Source: Phoronis australis
Taxonomy: Eukaryota; Animalia; Phoronida
Direction of reading: 5' to 3'
Length of the DNA stretch: 63,996 bases
NCBI GenBank assembly: GCA_002633005.1
Contig: NMRA01000078.1
Location: forward strand, 186,005 to 250,000
The translations under genes and the position numbers were made by a program. Below are positions 24,401 through 36,800 of this stretch, one piece after another (the first letter of the stretch is position 1; each line of letters opens with the position of its first letter). Under the pieces are notes generated by a model, which did no database searches, was not told the origin of the DNA, and was given only the letters and a program-made list of their open reading frames with translations.

Positions 24401-25082
24401 GTACACCCAAAATGGTAGGGGGTATACCCAGAGCTACTAAACTGAATACACAAACACAATTTTGAGTACACCCAAAATGGTTTGGGGTGTACCCAGAGCT
24501 ACTAAACTGAATACACAAACACAATTTTGAGTACACCCAAAATGGTTTGGGGTGTACCCAGAGCTACTAAACTGAATACACAAACACAATTTTATGAGTA
24601 CACCCAAAATGATTTGGGGTGTACTCAAAGCCTGAGAGCTGAATACACAAACACAATTTTGAGTACACCCAAAATGGTTTGGGGTGTACCCAAGCCAGAC
24701 TAGATGAAGTCAAGTCATGCAAGGCCATTCAGGTATACCCTAAACTTGACATGACTGTGAGCTCTTTCACAAGGCTACCTGAAACCCTGCACAATTTATT
24801 TTTCTTATCAATTGTTCATTTCCATGATAAAAGATCATTTGAAATAATAACATGTTTAATATGATTAATTTCTGCACTTAGGGTGACCGACCTGGCACAC
24901 ATCGCTACAACCTCCGGCAGAGAACACCAATCACACGACAGAATCCTGCTCTTAGTCGTGAGACGGAGGCAGACTTCTACAAACTGGTCAAACGTTTCTC
25001 GCACATAGCTCGAAGAAACACTGCCAAAGCCAAGTACACTTTGGTGAGAACTCAGCAAGAGACATCATCTGAAGAAATGTAG
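18478..25082 (+). CDS. GEX1/KAR5/Brambleberry-family nuclear membrane fusion protein (about 546 aa)
   Basis: Exons 18478-19401, 20451-20628, 21913-22002, 22635-22781, 23929-24029, 24882-25082; phases 0,1,1,1,0 are consistent; 1641 nt including TAG. Signal-like N-terminus, six-Cys domain (CWKG..GCKQL..LALRFTSC..G..YPC..C..M..F..H..NMCFFLQ..WQE.TE.TV..L), coiled coil, three hydrophobic helices, Ser/acidic tail. This is the GEX1/KAR5 architecture. Confidence 0.85.
24325..24700. repeat. 65-67 bp minisatellite with an internal hairpin, more than 5 copies (last intron of the GEX1-like gene)
   Basis: GTACACCC-AAAATGGTTTG-GGGTGTAC starts at 24334, 24401, 24466, 24531, 24598, 24663. Confidence 0.92.
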
Positions 25083-25094
25083 CAGACAACATTG

Positions 25095-25552
25095 AGTACA
25101 TGATAGTGATGTTGACATACAGCCACTGTAAGTGTATGTGGTGTTCAAAATACTGAATTGCAAACTATAAATTTTGTAACCATGACTGAAAATGTGCCAG
25201 TAGTGTTTATATGCAGCCACTGTAAGTGTATCTGGTGTTCAAAATACTGAATTGTAAACTGTAAATTTTGTAACCATGACTGAAAACATGCCAGTAATGT
25301 TTATATGCAGCCACTGTAAGTGTATCTGGTGTCCAAATACTGATTAATTGTAAACTATAAATTTTGTAACCATGACTGAAAATGTGCCAGTAGTGTTTAT
25401 ATGCAGTCACTGTAAGTGTATCTGGTGTTCAAAATACTGAATTGCAAACTATAAATTTTGTAACCATGACTGAAAATGTGCCAGTAGTGTTTACATGCAG
25501 TCACTGTAAGTGTATCTGGTGTTCAAAATACTAAATTGTGAACTATAAATTG
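25095..25552 (+). repeat. 94-bp tandem repeat, about 4.5-5 copies, starting just after the GEX1-like stop codon
   Basis: cag(c/t)cactgtaagtgtat at 25120, 25214, 25308, 25404, 25498. Confidence 0.93.
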
Positions 25553-25743
25553 TGGAAAAATCCAAATATAACTTTAGTAATAATCAAAATTTTAAATGAA
25601 TTTCAAAATTTCTGTCTCATTTAATGAGTAGTGAATTATGTTACACTAAAAGTAACTACTAATGATATATTGTTTTGAATCTCCTGGAGGTGTGCATTTA
25701 TAACTAATTTTTATTTTTTTCTAAGACTTATTCATTTAACTTA

Positions 25744-26292
25744 GGGCTGTTCCAGTAAAATCTGTATGGGAGGGGGGGAAGGCGCCTTTTTTTCGCACCC
25801 ACCACCCATATTTTTCATTTATTTCTTCAGCCTACCACCCGTAATTTTTTAAAAGTTTGAAATGCAACCACCCGTAATTTTTTTTGTTCTTGTGGTTGAC
25901 TGCACATACGCTTGAGTTTATCTGTTCCACCATCACCACTAACGTCATTCATTACTAAGAAAACATATGTTTCTTATATATGGTTATTAGCCATCGAGAA
26001 ATTCGAGCACCTGTGGTTAAATGGTGTTATGGGCATGCCGATGAGGAGATCGGAGGGAGTGAAAAAGTCAGAGCTTTTTGCAAGTTGCATTTTTGTTTCA
26101 GTTTTTGATTCTTACTAAAATTACCCACCATCAAACATTTATGGCCCAATGAAACAACAACGACCTGTAAATTTTTATTTTTTTGAAGTACGACCACCAG
26201 CCATTTTGAATTTAAATCAAACGCAACCACCCATAAATTTTTATTTCAGTTGCTTCCCCCCCCCTCCCACACAGATTTTGCTGGAACAGCCC
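25744..26292. mobile_element. PIF/Harbinger (Tourist-like) MITE, copy 1
   Basis: TIR GGGCTGTTCCAG(T/C)AAAATCTGT(A/G)TGGGAGGGGGGG at both ends; TTA target-site duplication at 25741-43 and 26293-95. Confidence 0.88.
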
Positions 26293-26546
26293 TTACAAAT
26301 ATGGGATATTTATGTATAATAAATATATGTTGGTCTCTTTAGTCATTTGTGAAAACAGTTGTGATTCCAATTTTTAGATTCCATGCATAGTACATAGGGT
26401 AGACAATTCTCCCCCTTTGGTAACACATCAGGTATGGAAAACAATTATTGAAATTTTTTTGTTTTTTCATTAGAGGTAAGCAGCATCAAAATAAATATAG
26501 ATTATTACATGGCGATGTCGTTATCCCCCGTTATGTAGAGCCCGAG

Positions 26547-26610
26547 TGGATTTTGGAGAATTATCGCCCGAGGGGCGTTAGCCCTGAGGGTGATAATTCT
26601 ACAAAATCCA
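26547..26610. repeat. About 64-bp hairpin (likely the centre of a palindromic non-autonomous element)
   Basis: TGGATTTTGGAGAATTATCGCCC...GGGTGATAATTCTACAAAATCCA; 23-bp outer arms with 2 mismatches. Confidence 0.8.
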
Positions 26611-26818
26611 TGATACCCGCATTCAAATTGGAGATCAGTGATTTACAAGTGACAGAGCACGAGAGAAAAATTTCACTGAATTAAAATATCGTTTTTATGG
26701 AAATTATGCGTCTTATTTTTCACAGCGTATAAATGTCAGTACAATGCCCTTTGCTGAACATGCGATTGTTGCGCGTGCTCATTTAAGTATTCTATTTTCA
26801 CGTTTGATGACCTCAGCC

Positions 26819-26890
26819 GCTGAGTGGTGTTGTGGTAAAGTCGGCGACCCGAAACTCTTGAGGCCACGGTTCGAAACCGGCCTCGGTTTC
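26819..26890 (+). pseudogene. tRNA-derived (SINE-head-like) fragment
   Basis: A-box-like TGGTGTTGTGGTA and B-box GGTTCGAAACC at tRNA spacing; partial acceptor pairing; anticodon arm does not fold. Confidence 0.45.
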
Positions 26891-28169
26891 CTGCCTAAAT
26901 GATATCTCACTAGTGAGATAACTAAATGGGTTATTACATGGTTGTATTTGCCAATTGACGCTAATATTGTGGTATAAATGTTTTTATCATTTTGGAGGTC
27001 TATACCATAACTTTCATCAGACAATGTTGAAATATTGTGGGGATTCACAGCAATTGTAGATGCCTTAAAAATGAAAACAATATTGGTGACATTTACAGAA
27101 CCATAGCCTGTCACTGTCTTCTACCACCAACCATTGTTGTATCCAATTGTAAGCTGGACAGATGTAAATTGATACATAGTGTCATGTACGCGATACATTG
27201 TCATGAATGCACAACTTGTGCCTCCAGCCAGACAACCAGTCACTGTAAGGTTGAGGAGGAAGGAAATGTGATCACAAAAATAGGATTGAGGTGCATGAGA
27301 AGACATAGCGGTTGTGAAAAAAGAATTGTATTGAAAACACGCTTGTGGTTTGTGGAGGTGGGTGATGGTCTACCCTGATACATATTTACTGAGACTATGA
27401 TCTGTGTTTGTTTATTACTGTTTCGTGAGTGCAGTTCACGTGTAGTTCAGTCAGTGCTAATCACTTGTCCAGCGCCAAGTGTGTTGTGTGCGTGGGTCCA
27501 TTTTTGGTAAAAAGTCTTCTGGGGCTTCCGTTTTCAGAAGTGTGCGATAAGGTGGGAACAGAATGTGGTATTACTCGACCAGTAATTGCATTTGCTGCAT
27601 TGAGCTTTGAACATGCCTGGGAGACCGTGATAAAAGCAATGACTCGTGCGAAAGTATGGGCATGTAATGGAAACGTGACAACATATAAGATGCAGAGTAA
27701 AAACAAAATCCATCCATCAGAAAATTGATTTTATGCTCAACGAAGCCTAAATTTTGAATTAACGTAGTGGCTGTAAAAAGTCAAACTAGTGTCTCCAAGT
27801 TCCATTCTATGGTCAAAGGATTGCCAGTTTATGGCAAATAATTATAGTCAGTGCTTATTTTAGGCCCATTATTATGGACGAAACAGTCGTCCAGTTTTGA
27901 CAGATATTGCCAGTGCGATTAGTAATTTTGAATTTGAAAAGAACATTTAATATCATGTTGAACTGAATTTACACATTTGTGCACCATTGTACTACCTGTA
28001 AAAATAATGCTGATTATGTTAAAAATTTAAATGTTCACAATGGTTATGGTAGTTACACAAATAGATATAGCAAATTATTATTGTTGTTATTATTATTATG
28101 GTAATGACTAGAAAGCATGGCATTGTCCAAACCATGAAATTACGGCTACAAAACATACTAGTTTAATTA

Positions 28170-28912
28170 GGGCTGTTCCAGCAAAATCTGTATGGGAGGG
28201 GGGAAGGCACTTTTATTTCGTACCCACCGCCCATATTTTTCATTTATTTCTCCGACCCATGACCCATAATTTTTTAAATTATTTTTGATAGATTAAAACA
28301 TAAAATCCAACACTTGCAAACAAATTGCCTCCAGGAGGACCTGTTAAGAACTTAGATGATTGACAGACAAGAACTAGTTGTCTTGTCCAATATTGTCAAA
28401 AACTAAAGTAGCCTGTGAGCAACACTTTTGGCAGCCACCAGGTGTCTCTGTTCACCATGTGTCTATAATTTCAATGAACCTTTTTTCAATTATAAGGATC
28501 TATGAATCTCAAACTGTCTCCACGAACTCTTTCATTGATACTTCTATGTCAAGTGAATATTGGAACTTGTTTATCTTACTCCTCATACTTTTCATTTAAA
28601 AATCATCAATTTTCTTATATATGTTAACACCAGTTAAGTGTTGCATAACTTTTCAATTCAATAGGACTGCAGAGGAGCAGTTGGCTCTATCAAGTTGCCC
28701 ATGACTTGATTAATGGCTTAGTGCCACTCTGTTCAGTGGCAATATGGGCTTTTTTGTATTGGGATAAGTTAGGATATGTGCCAATTGCATTTTTTGAGTT
28801 TTAATGGCTGACCACCCATAATTTGAGTTTTTTTCTGAAGACCAACACCCATGAATTTTTAGTTCTACTGCCGTCCCCCCCCCCTCCCACACGGATTTTA
28901 CTGGAACAGCCC
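28170..28912. mobile_element. PIF/Harbinger (Tourist-like) MITE, copy 2
   Basis: Same TIRs as 25744-26292 and TTA on both sides; shared subterminal sequence but a different core. Confidence 0.88.
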
Positions 28913-30872
28913 TTACAGAATGTAATCTTTGACCAAGATATTGTACTTTGTTTGCATAAAATCTTTATGGTACATGCATTTAATTATCATAGTATGCAAA
29001 CATATCATGTAACCAACCAATATCTCATTGTCTTGTATTGATGGATGATATTAATTATTGTAATGCTCAGAAATCTTAATTGATTAGTACTTGGTTCCAC
29101 CAGCTTGTTCATAATGTAGGTGTTCGTTTTTTCGTGTCGAAATTTTATTGATCTCAAAAACCATACGCAGCACCATCTTCAAAACTTTATTTTCATACGG
29201 CTCCGTGTCACTAGTGCGATCACTGGTGTAGCGGAAACTCATTTCAATTTTGCGTTTGCCCCTCCCCCTCTCACGCTATGCCTGATGTACATTCCATTTT
29301 CATATTAGTTTGAGCTTTATATCATGAATGTCGAATTGATAAAGTTATGCTGTGTAATGATGCACATGTCTATTTCTAGTCACAAAATTAAAAATTTAAT
29401 GTTGTGAATTGTACATTTGAGTTGTTTTTTTGGAAAATATATTTCAGTGCACGTACACAACATGTGCTTGGTCTACTTAATGTTGCAACCGAAACTTGCA
29501 TAATACAAGGAATATTTTATTGCAATTATTACAAAATTACCACAAAAACACAAATCAGCAGTAAATCGCATAGTACATGAACTTGTATGGACCAATGTTA
29601 AATAATCTTCTCAAACACCAACATCGCAGAAGTTTTGCAATAGATTCAAGATTTCCAACTTTTTCTTGCCTAAGACAAGTGCATGTGCTGAACAAATGGA
29701 ATCATTACAAATAACTAAAATAAGGTTCAGGTAAAGTTCACATTAGCAACAATGACCAAGAAGATTAAATAGTGTTAATACCAGGGTCTCTTTCCTAGTA
29801 ACAAACAACATTCCCATGGTAACAAGACAGTGACCCCAACCCCCATGAGCAAGTTTCTGTAGCACCATTCCTACATGTCCTAGGTTTTGGTCCTTTGTGC
29901 TACTTGGAATACAAAAAATGTGATTGGGTCCTTGCAGAAGAAATGCTTGAAATTATTACAGTCTAGTAGTTGTACAACGACGCATTGGAGCCGTGATGGC
30001 AACAGTAAAGCTTAAAGTGTAGAATTCTATGTCAGATTTGCACAAGTCTGATTTTTGCTTTACTCATACTAACAAAGTTCAGACTGATCTAGTTTGTGCA
30101 TTCGGGCAGGGTAAAACCTCTACTTGCCAATTAAAGCGCAATATAGGAGATATTTGCAATTTTACTTTCCATTTTTTGCATTCAAGATACGTAACAAGAA
30201 ATATTTTAATAGTAATTTAAACTGTATCCCATAGCTGCTATTGGGCACCATTTTTGGGAAATTATGACCGCTTCCCATTCTAAGAATATTTGAAGCCTTT
30301 GAATTGTGATGAAAAAGGTCACTTAGCTTTGTCTGAGTGAGATTTTAACACAAGTTGAACAAAATCTCTTGGTTCCATTCAATCCGCCTTATGCAAGTTC
30401 AACTAAACTACAAAAACGCTACAATGTAAAAATGCGGAGTGTGCATAGTGATTCATTATATACTGCCAAGACTACATTTTGATCTTATCAATGAAGAACT
30501 GAACAACACAATTCGCACTAATTCATGACAACAGGGCTTAGAAACATGCTAACAATATGGCTGTAAGTTTGTTTTATTGCTCACCTAAAAACAATTGATT
30601 CTTCATTCTTTATAATTTAACCCAAAGCACCATTAATGGTTATATGTGTCATGTGTTTACTACAACTGAGGTAACCATGATTGACAACCACCAGCCAGTG
30701 AAGTGGCTCCACCTGTTGCTCACTGTATGTAGCCTATGATCACTAACGTCTGGGTTGATAAATACACTCATCACAACCACCACGTATCAGTCACCTGGCT
30801 AGATCAATGTCTTCCCACTCTAATCAACAATGGTCATTTCCCAGGCAACGATGATCAATTGCAGACATGTGA

Positions 30873-33800
30873 CTATGAACGAGCACTCTCTACATGTCGG
30901 CCAAAGCTCCTTGACGACGGTCCGCCGCGATGACGGGAGGGAATGTTGTGTTCCGAGGGGTCATCAGGCTCTGCCTTCATCTTGCCCACATGGTGTGCAC
31001 TCTGAGTCAACTTCAGATTGACCATTCGTGCAATGGGAAGGCCGTTACTGAAGAGGTGAAGAGAGAAAAATATAACTTATAACTGCGTGCACTGGAAAGA
31101 ACTTCAAAAACAAAATATGGAAAATAGCACACCAACAAAGAACAGAGGCTTTAATTCGGTGCTCAGAAAAGTGAAAATTACAGAGCTTATTAAAATACGC
31201 TGCAACAAATTATATTTCAGAGATTGAAATGATATTTGCATGAAGTTAAATTAGCCAGAACAGAGTCTTTTATATTAACTGCATCGTTCAGTAGAAAAAA
31301 TTAAAACTACAGAGCAGCAAAGATCTGACTAAATTCACACACAAGAATGAACATTTATTAAGAGTAGAAGAGATGAAGTCTAAGGAAGGCCTGTATGTTG
31401 GCTAACGACTCTCTGTAATGCAGAAGTAAAAAAATGCCGGTTAGTTAAGTGAAGTGTTACGAGACAAAAGGTAAATATGGTAATCTAACAGGTAAAGTTC
31501 TTTAAGTATATTGTAGAAGCCAGACTGTTTTCTAAATTATAAAGCAGTAGAATTAGATTGCAACAAAACAAAGCTCTGGTACAGCGTCTTGTTATAAACT
31601 GGGACATTCTAAAGGCAGCATGCATCAACCCTTTGTAGTGTCGCACTGAGGAAAAAAGTCAGCTGCACACATGTATCACACGAGCTGAAAGACGCTCTTG
31701 TGCTATGAATGAGCTGGACTGCAGCAGATAAAGCTCCATTACATCATATGCCTCCAACATCAAGAAATCAATATTTCACTTTTCATGAAACACTCCAATA
31801 CATTATAAATACACAAAATATTACAGCCAAAATTCTCAGGTTTTGCACATTTTCCTTAAAAAATTCACAAGGAAAAGGATTTCAAATATTTTAACTTGAC
31901 TATTTTTAATCAAAACTCGTGCTAAATTCAAAATAAGTTACACCAGATTATTAGATTTTTTTACAAATATGATGTACAGGCCAATTTTGATCCTTTTACA
32001 GAAATTGTAATTATGGTTTAGTCTAACATGTGAAATCAGAAAAATTGAGGGCAAAGTCTACACACTCACTATCTATGAACACGGGGCAGCTAGTGTTAAC
32101 ACTACTCAGCAGAGGGCGAAACCATACACTCAACCAACTACAGTCAACTACAGCCAACGGGAGTCGCCACTGCAAGAAACCTCTTTGGAATGCCAACAAA
32201 GGTCAATACTACAGGACAGGTATAGTCAACAGAGAAGGCCATACTGCAACAGCATTAACCTTTAGACCGCAGACCCGATGTCCTGTTAGAGTCTAACAGG
32301 GTTATCAGTTGGAAACCAGTGGGAGTGTCTCTGAAGCAAAACGCACAAGACATTACATTTTGGAAAATAATTGTCCATGCATGGAATACTTATAGCTGCA
32401 GTGCACAGGCCTTGTAAAAATGGTCTCAACCTCTGCCCTGCTCCAGATAGAGGAGATTTTTGGGCTTTGGGAATAACTAGTGATTAGTTGCCATTTTTCA
32501 CAGTATTACGGTGCAATTTGAAGGGCTCATAATTTTATAGACCAAAAGGAACATGGTGGAAATTAGACTGGTCCTGTGATCAACCATCAGATGGAGCTAG
32601 TAGTGAGTAGTTTAAACTGTTACGATAACAATAAAATTTATAGTTTTGTAATCATGCATTTCACCGCACCAGAGTATATGCCACACCGATTTAAGTTGCA
32701 ATGCCACTGGCAAATGATGAAATTTTACTATTCTCATAAACGCAAAGTAGCTACACCATCAGGCAATATAATCTGAAAAATTATTGGCTTTTGCAAAAAC
32801 GCCTCAAACTGAGTGGAATGTTTCTAGACTGGAACTGAGCTTTGAAAAACTGCAAAAAAGACCAATACTGTCAATAGTTTTTGGTAAAAATTGGTGAGAT
32901 ATTACCACATTGGCCAAATATTACAGCATGAGTTTCAAGGCAACAATTAGTTAAAAGTTGGGTACACATAAGGTCAACCATTCTAATGTTATTATTATCT
33001 TTCATGCTAAACACTTGAAACCTGGTGCATGACTATGTATAATGCCACAGAAATGATATTAAGTGTATGTGTCCAGGGAATCTACAATGTGTCAGGGGAG
33101 GGCATGGTATCACGTACTGTACCTGCTATAGTCCTGGTCAGGGAAACAGAGGACTCATGGCATTATAACATAAAGGCACGTCTTATTGCTACAAACACGC
33201 AACCAAACAGAATGGCATAAACTGTCTGAAATTCCGGTAGTCTGTGGACTGTTTTCTACCAAGGTTATATCAAATAAGTGACCCCATTGAATTTTGACAA
33301 CGTAACATTTGTAAAACCTACTAATTTGTAATCCACTATTAATTCACTGTAACTTTGAGCCCATTTACACAATTTCCCATTTTACGACAGTTAAAAATTG
33401 TAACTTGATTTATCAGTGACTGTAATGTAAAAATTATTACAAAATTCATTATAATGAATTTTAAGCAATTATAAGAGCACATTGTGTTTTTAAAGCAATG
33501 GAGCTTCTTATTTAACATTACGCAATGCACAGCTTAAAATAAATAACTGTGACCACAGCATCTGGGCTTGGCTATCCAAAATGAATGAGGATAATAATCC
33601 AATTACCTTCTCAGCAAGGACCATAAAACCTTGTTAATGTGCATTCACATGTCACCTGGGACAGTTCCATGAGTTAGAGCAGGGTTTACAAAGAACTACT
33701 CACTGACCTTGCACAAAATTTCAAAAGGCCTATTGAGTGTAAATGACACCCTTGATTTACAACCCTAATCAATATTCTTAGCCATTTTGCAGACTAGTTA

Positions 33801-36800
33801 CCCCCTGCAAGTCCAAAATGAATTAGATGCAGGCTGAGATAGAGGTCCATGTTCTGTGTGTTAGTCAATGCTTGAAAGAAGCAGTCAGTAAAAGGGACAC
33901 ACAACACAGAGAGCTTTAGTAGCAAAATGTGATTCAAATTGCACTTCAATCTATATAGCTAGCGGAGTATGAATACATGGTAATACACTATTCAGTACCA
34001 CATTAATTGGTTGATGTAATTAAAATTGAGAATAAATGTTTAATACGAATTTGGTAGCAACAATATGTAATACATGTAGTTCGATTATTTCATCAGAAAC
34101 TATGACTGCTATGATAAATAAAACGGGACAACTATTTGAACTTCGTTAAGCGCTGTGCATAACACAACAGGAAGTCACACACTGCCATACCTGTAATTGA
34201 AATCACAAGGCTGACTACGGCTGTCAGAACTATGTGAGTCTTGTATTTTTTCAGCCGGCACAAACGCCGACTCTAAGGTCATGCCAATGTGACCCTGGCT
34301 GGTGACGCCCCCTATCTGACCTCCCCAAGCTGACCTTGGACCTTGGCGACCTTTCAGAGGACTGTAAAGAGGAAAAATTCAAACCCCCGATCTACAGACA
34401 CATTGAAGAAATTTGTCAGGTGCACTTTTATGATGACAATTGTTATCATTATCATGATTATATTTATTATCAATAACATTTACTATTATAACAATTACTA
34501 TTAAAATGATTTGAGAGCAACACAAACTAGATATTAATAATTAGACACAAGGAAGAGTAGGTGCAAGAATATCAATTCCAATATTTTGCTATGAAAAGAA
34601 AAACGTACAAGACATGCACTCATTTAAAATTTTTCAACTTGTTTACAGTTATTACACACTGCACAAAACTTCAAAAAAATTCTGGCTTTTGATACGACAA
34701 ATTTTGGAAAACCATACATAGCAATAATTTCACTTCATTTGTTACCATGGCAACATGTACCTGAACCTGAAGTCCCTGGGAAGGCTGTATCCGAGACTAG
34801 ATTGCCGCCTACATTGCATCATTTGCTTCTGGAAGTCTTTTCTAGCATTGCCATAGCCGTTGAAGATATGGTCACAGAATATCAGCTTACCAGCGCTATA
34901 AACCTGTGCGAATATGAAAATTACAAATTGCAAAGTTTTGACAACTATCTGTACTGGGATTGCAACACAAACAATAATCTCTGACTACTAAAGCATAGAC
35001 AAATATTAGTTGATTAGATTTCTTTGCTCGATTGCTGGCCCCAATTGCTAAGTAGATCCAGAACATCTGAAGTCTGCAGAGTTCAGTGTTCAAACCCCGT
35101 TTTACTATGAAACTTTTTGACATGTATCACCACGCTAAAATCTCAATAAATTAGGAAAAAATTATTGCCAAATTTGCCATTATTCATTTTTCAAGAGCTT
35201 CTACTTTTGTTGTGAATGCCCAAAAATTTTCAAAACTTTGTTTGATGGAGTTGTGGTTCAAAACCTGAACATGGAAAATAATTTAATTTGGTGCTACGTA
35301 TCTTTCTTGGAAAAATGGCGAAACTAAATTTCACTTGTCAGCCATATTGTATCCTAAATTGATGAGATTTTACCATATTTAGGTCACGTGATGTTACCAT
35401 GTTAACTCTACATAATGAGGCAAATCAACTTACCAGAAACATCCCCGGCACCACATTGTGTCTACTCAACAACATGGGTTGTGAGTGGTGCGATTCAAAG
35501 GCCGCTGTAGCTATATCGTATCTCAACAGTCTGAAAGGATCGCCCCTCGCCTGTAGACAAGGCCGAGTCCTGTTCCTATTCTTATCATTATACAGCTTCT
35601 CTATCATGTCCTCGCCACCATGCGCTGTTGGGTACAACGAAGAGACGACACTTATTACCACCATCTGACGTTCTGGAGCCTGCTCCACAAATTCCTCAAA
35701 CTCAATGTCTGTGATGTATGGTACAACGTGTCGGCTGCACCTACATGCCGGGCGCGACTCGCCAAGGAGTTCTCGACGCAGCGCAACGGGACAAGATCCC
35801 CGTGGTGGGGACCACGTACGTGTCGGCATGGCAAAGTTTGGAAGTGTGCTTTTATTGGACACCGCTGATGATCGCCTCTGAGATCGGGCAGTAGAGGGAG
35901 CTGGCGACCTAAAGAGAATGAGGAACATTGTAAACCAGTCTGGCATCTATACAATGTTTCAGTAACTAACCAGTTAAAACATACAGAACAACATGTCATT
36001 GATTTTTACAACAAATTTTATTTTATCACTGAATAATTGTCTGGATAATGATTTGTGAACAAACTAGCTGTGCTTCCAACATTAAGACAAAAATATATTC
36101 AAAATTCCTAAAACGCAGAAATTCAACTGCACATGAAGTTCAATAACACAAAATACCTCCATAATTTTGGCATGTCACAAAAGCAGTAAAATGCTAATCA
36201 CAGGCAATAACACACATAATTTTTCATGCAGTAGGTTCAACCATGTGGCTTGCGCATGTCTATTGCACCGCAGGACATCAGACCACCTTGCACTCCTTCT
36301 TAACACCATTCAGCAGAAGCACATCACATACAAATTACCTGAACTTGGCGGACAACGGGGCCTTCTCAGACTGAGCATCGTCAAATTCAACTTGTTGTAC
36401 GTTGTCATCAAACGTGACCCCAGGGGCAGGTTCAAACTCCACATCAGAAGCCCCCTGAGAGGCATCAGTGTAAAGGCGTCCTAGGAAACAAAACATATAC
36501 TAAGTACTTAGCTGAAACACAACCGTCATTTTATTAGTAATAAGATGGAAAGAAGGTCGAGTTTAAGTATTTAGTAAATAGCTGGAAACCACTTGGTTCA
36601 CAGCTAAATGAGGAATGTCCCCAGATACCCACTTCTCTCAACCTTGAACCAAAGTTTAAGTCGATTGCTACAGAATTTTTCATTCCGGGCTGGGCTATTC
36701 AAAACCCACACGGGATAATAAAACAATCATCCTCTCAGCCAAGACAATAAACCCTTTGAGACCTCTGTAAACATATACAAGCCAACTAGAACAGTTGCAT

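Noticed and set aside
26819-26890. Functional tRNA gene (also 63080-63142)
   Set aside because: A and B boxes are present but the cloverleaf stems do not pair fully; kept only as tRNA-derived fragments.
32260-32330. Candidate extra C3orf20-like exon
   Set aside because: Including it shifts the last exon into an early stop, while 34191 joins 31047 in frame without it. At best an alternative terminal exon.
35620-35999. Overlapping and antisense ORFs over C3orf20-like and ATG7 exons
   Set aside because: Shadow frames of GC-richer coding exons with no independent signals.
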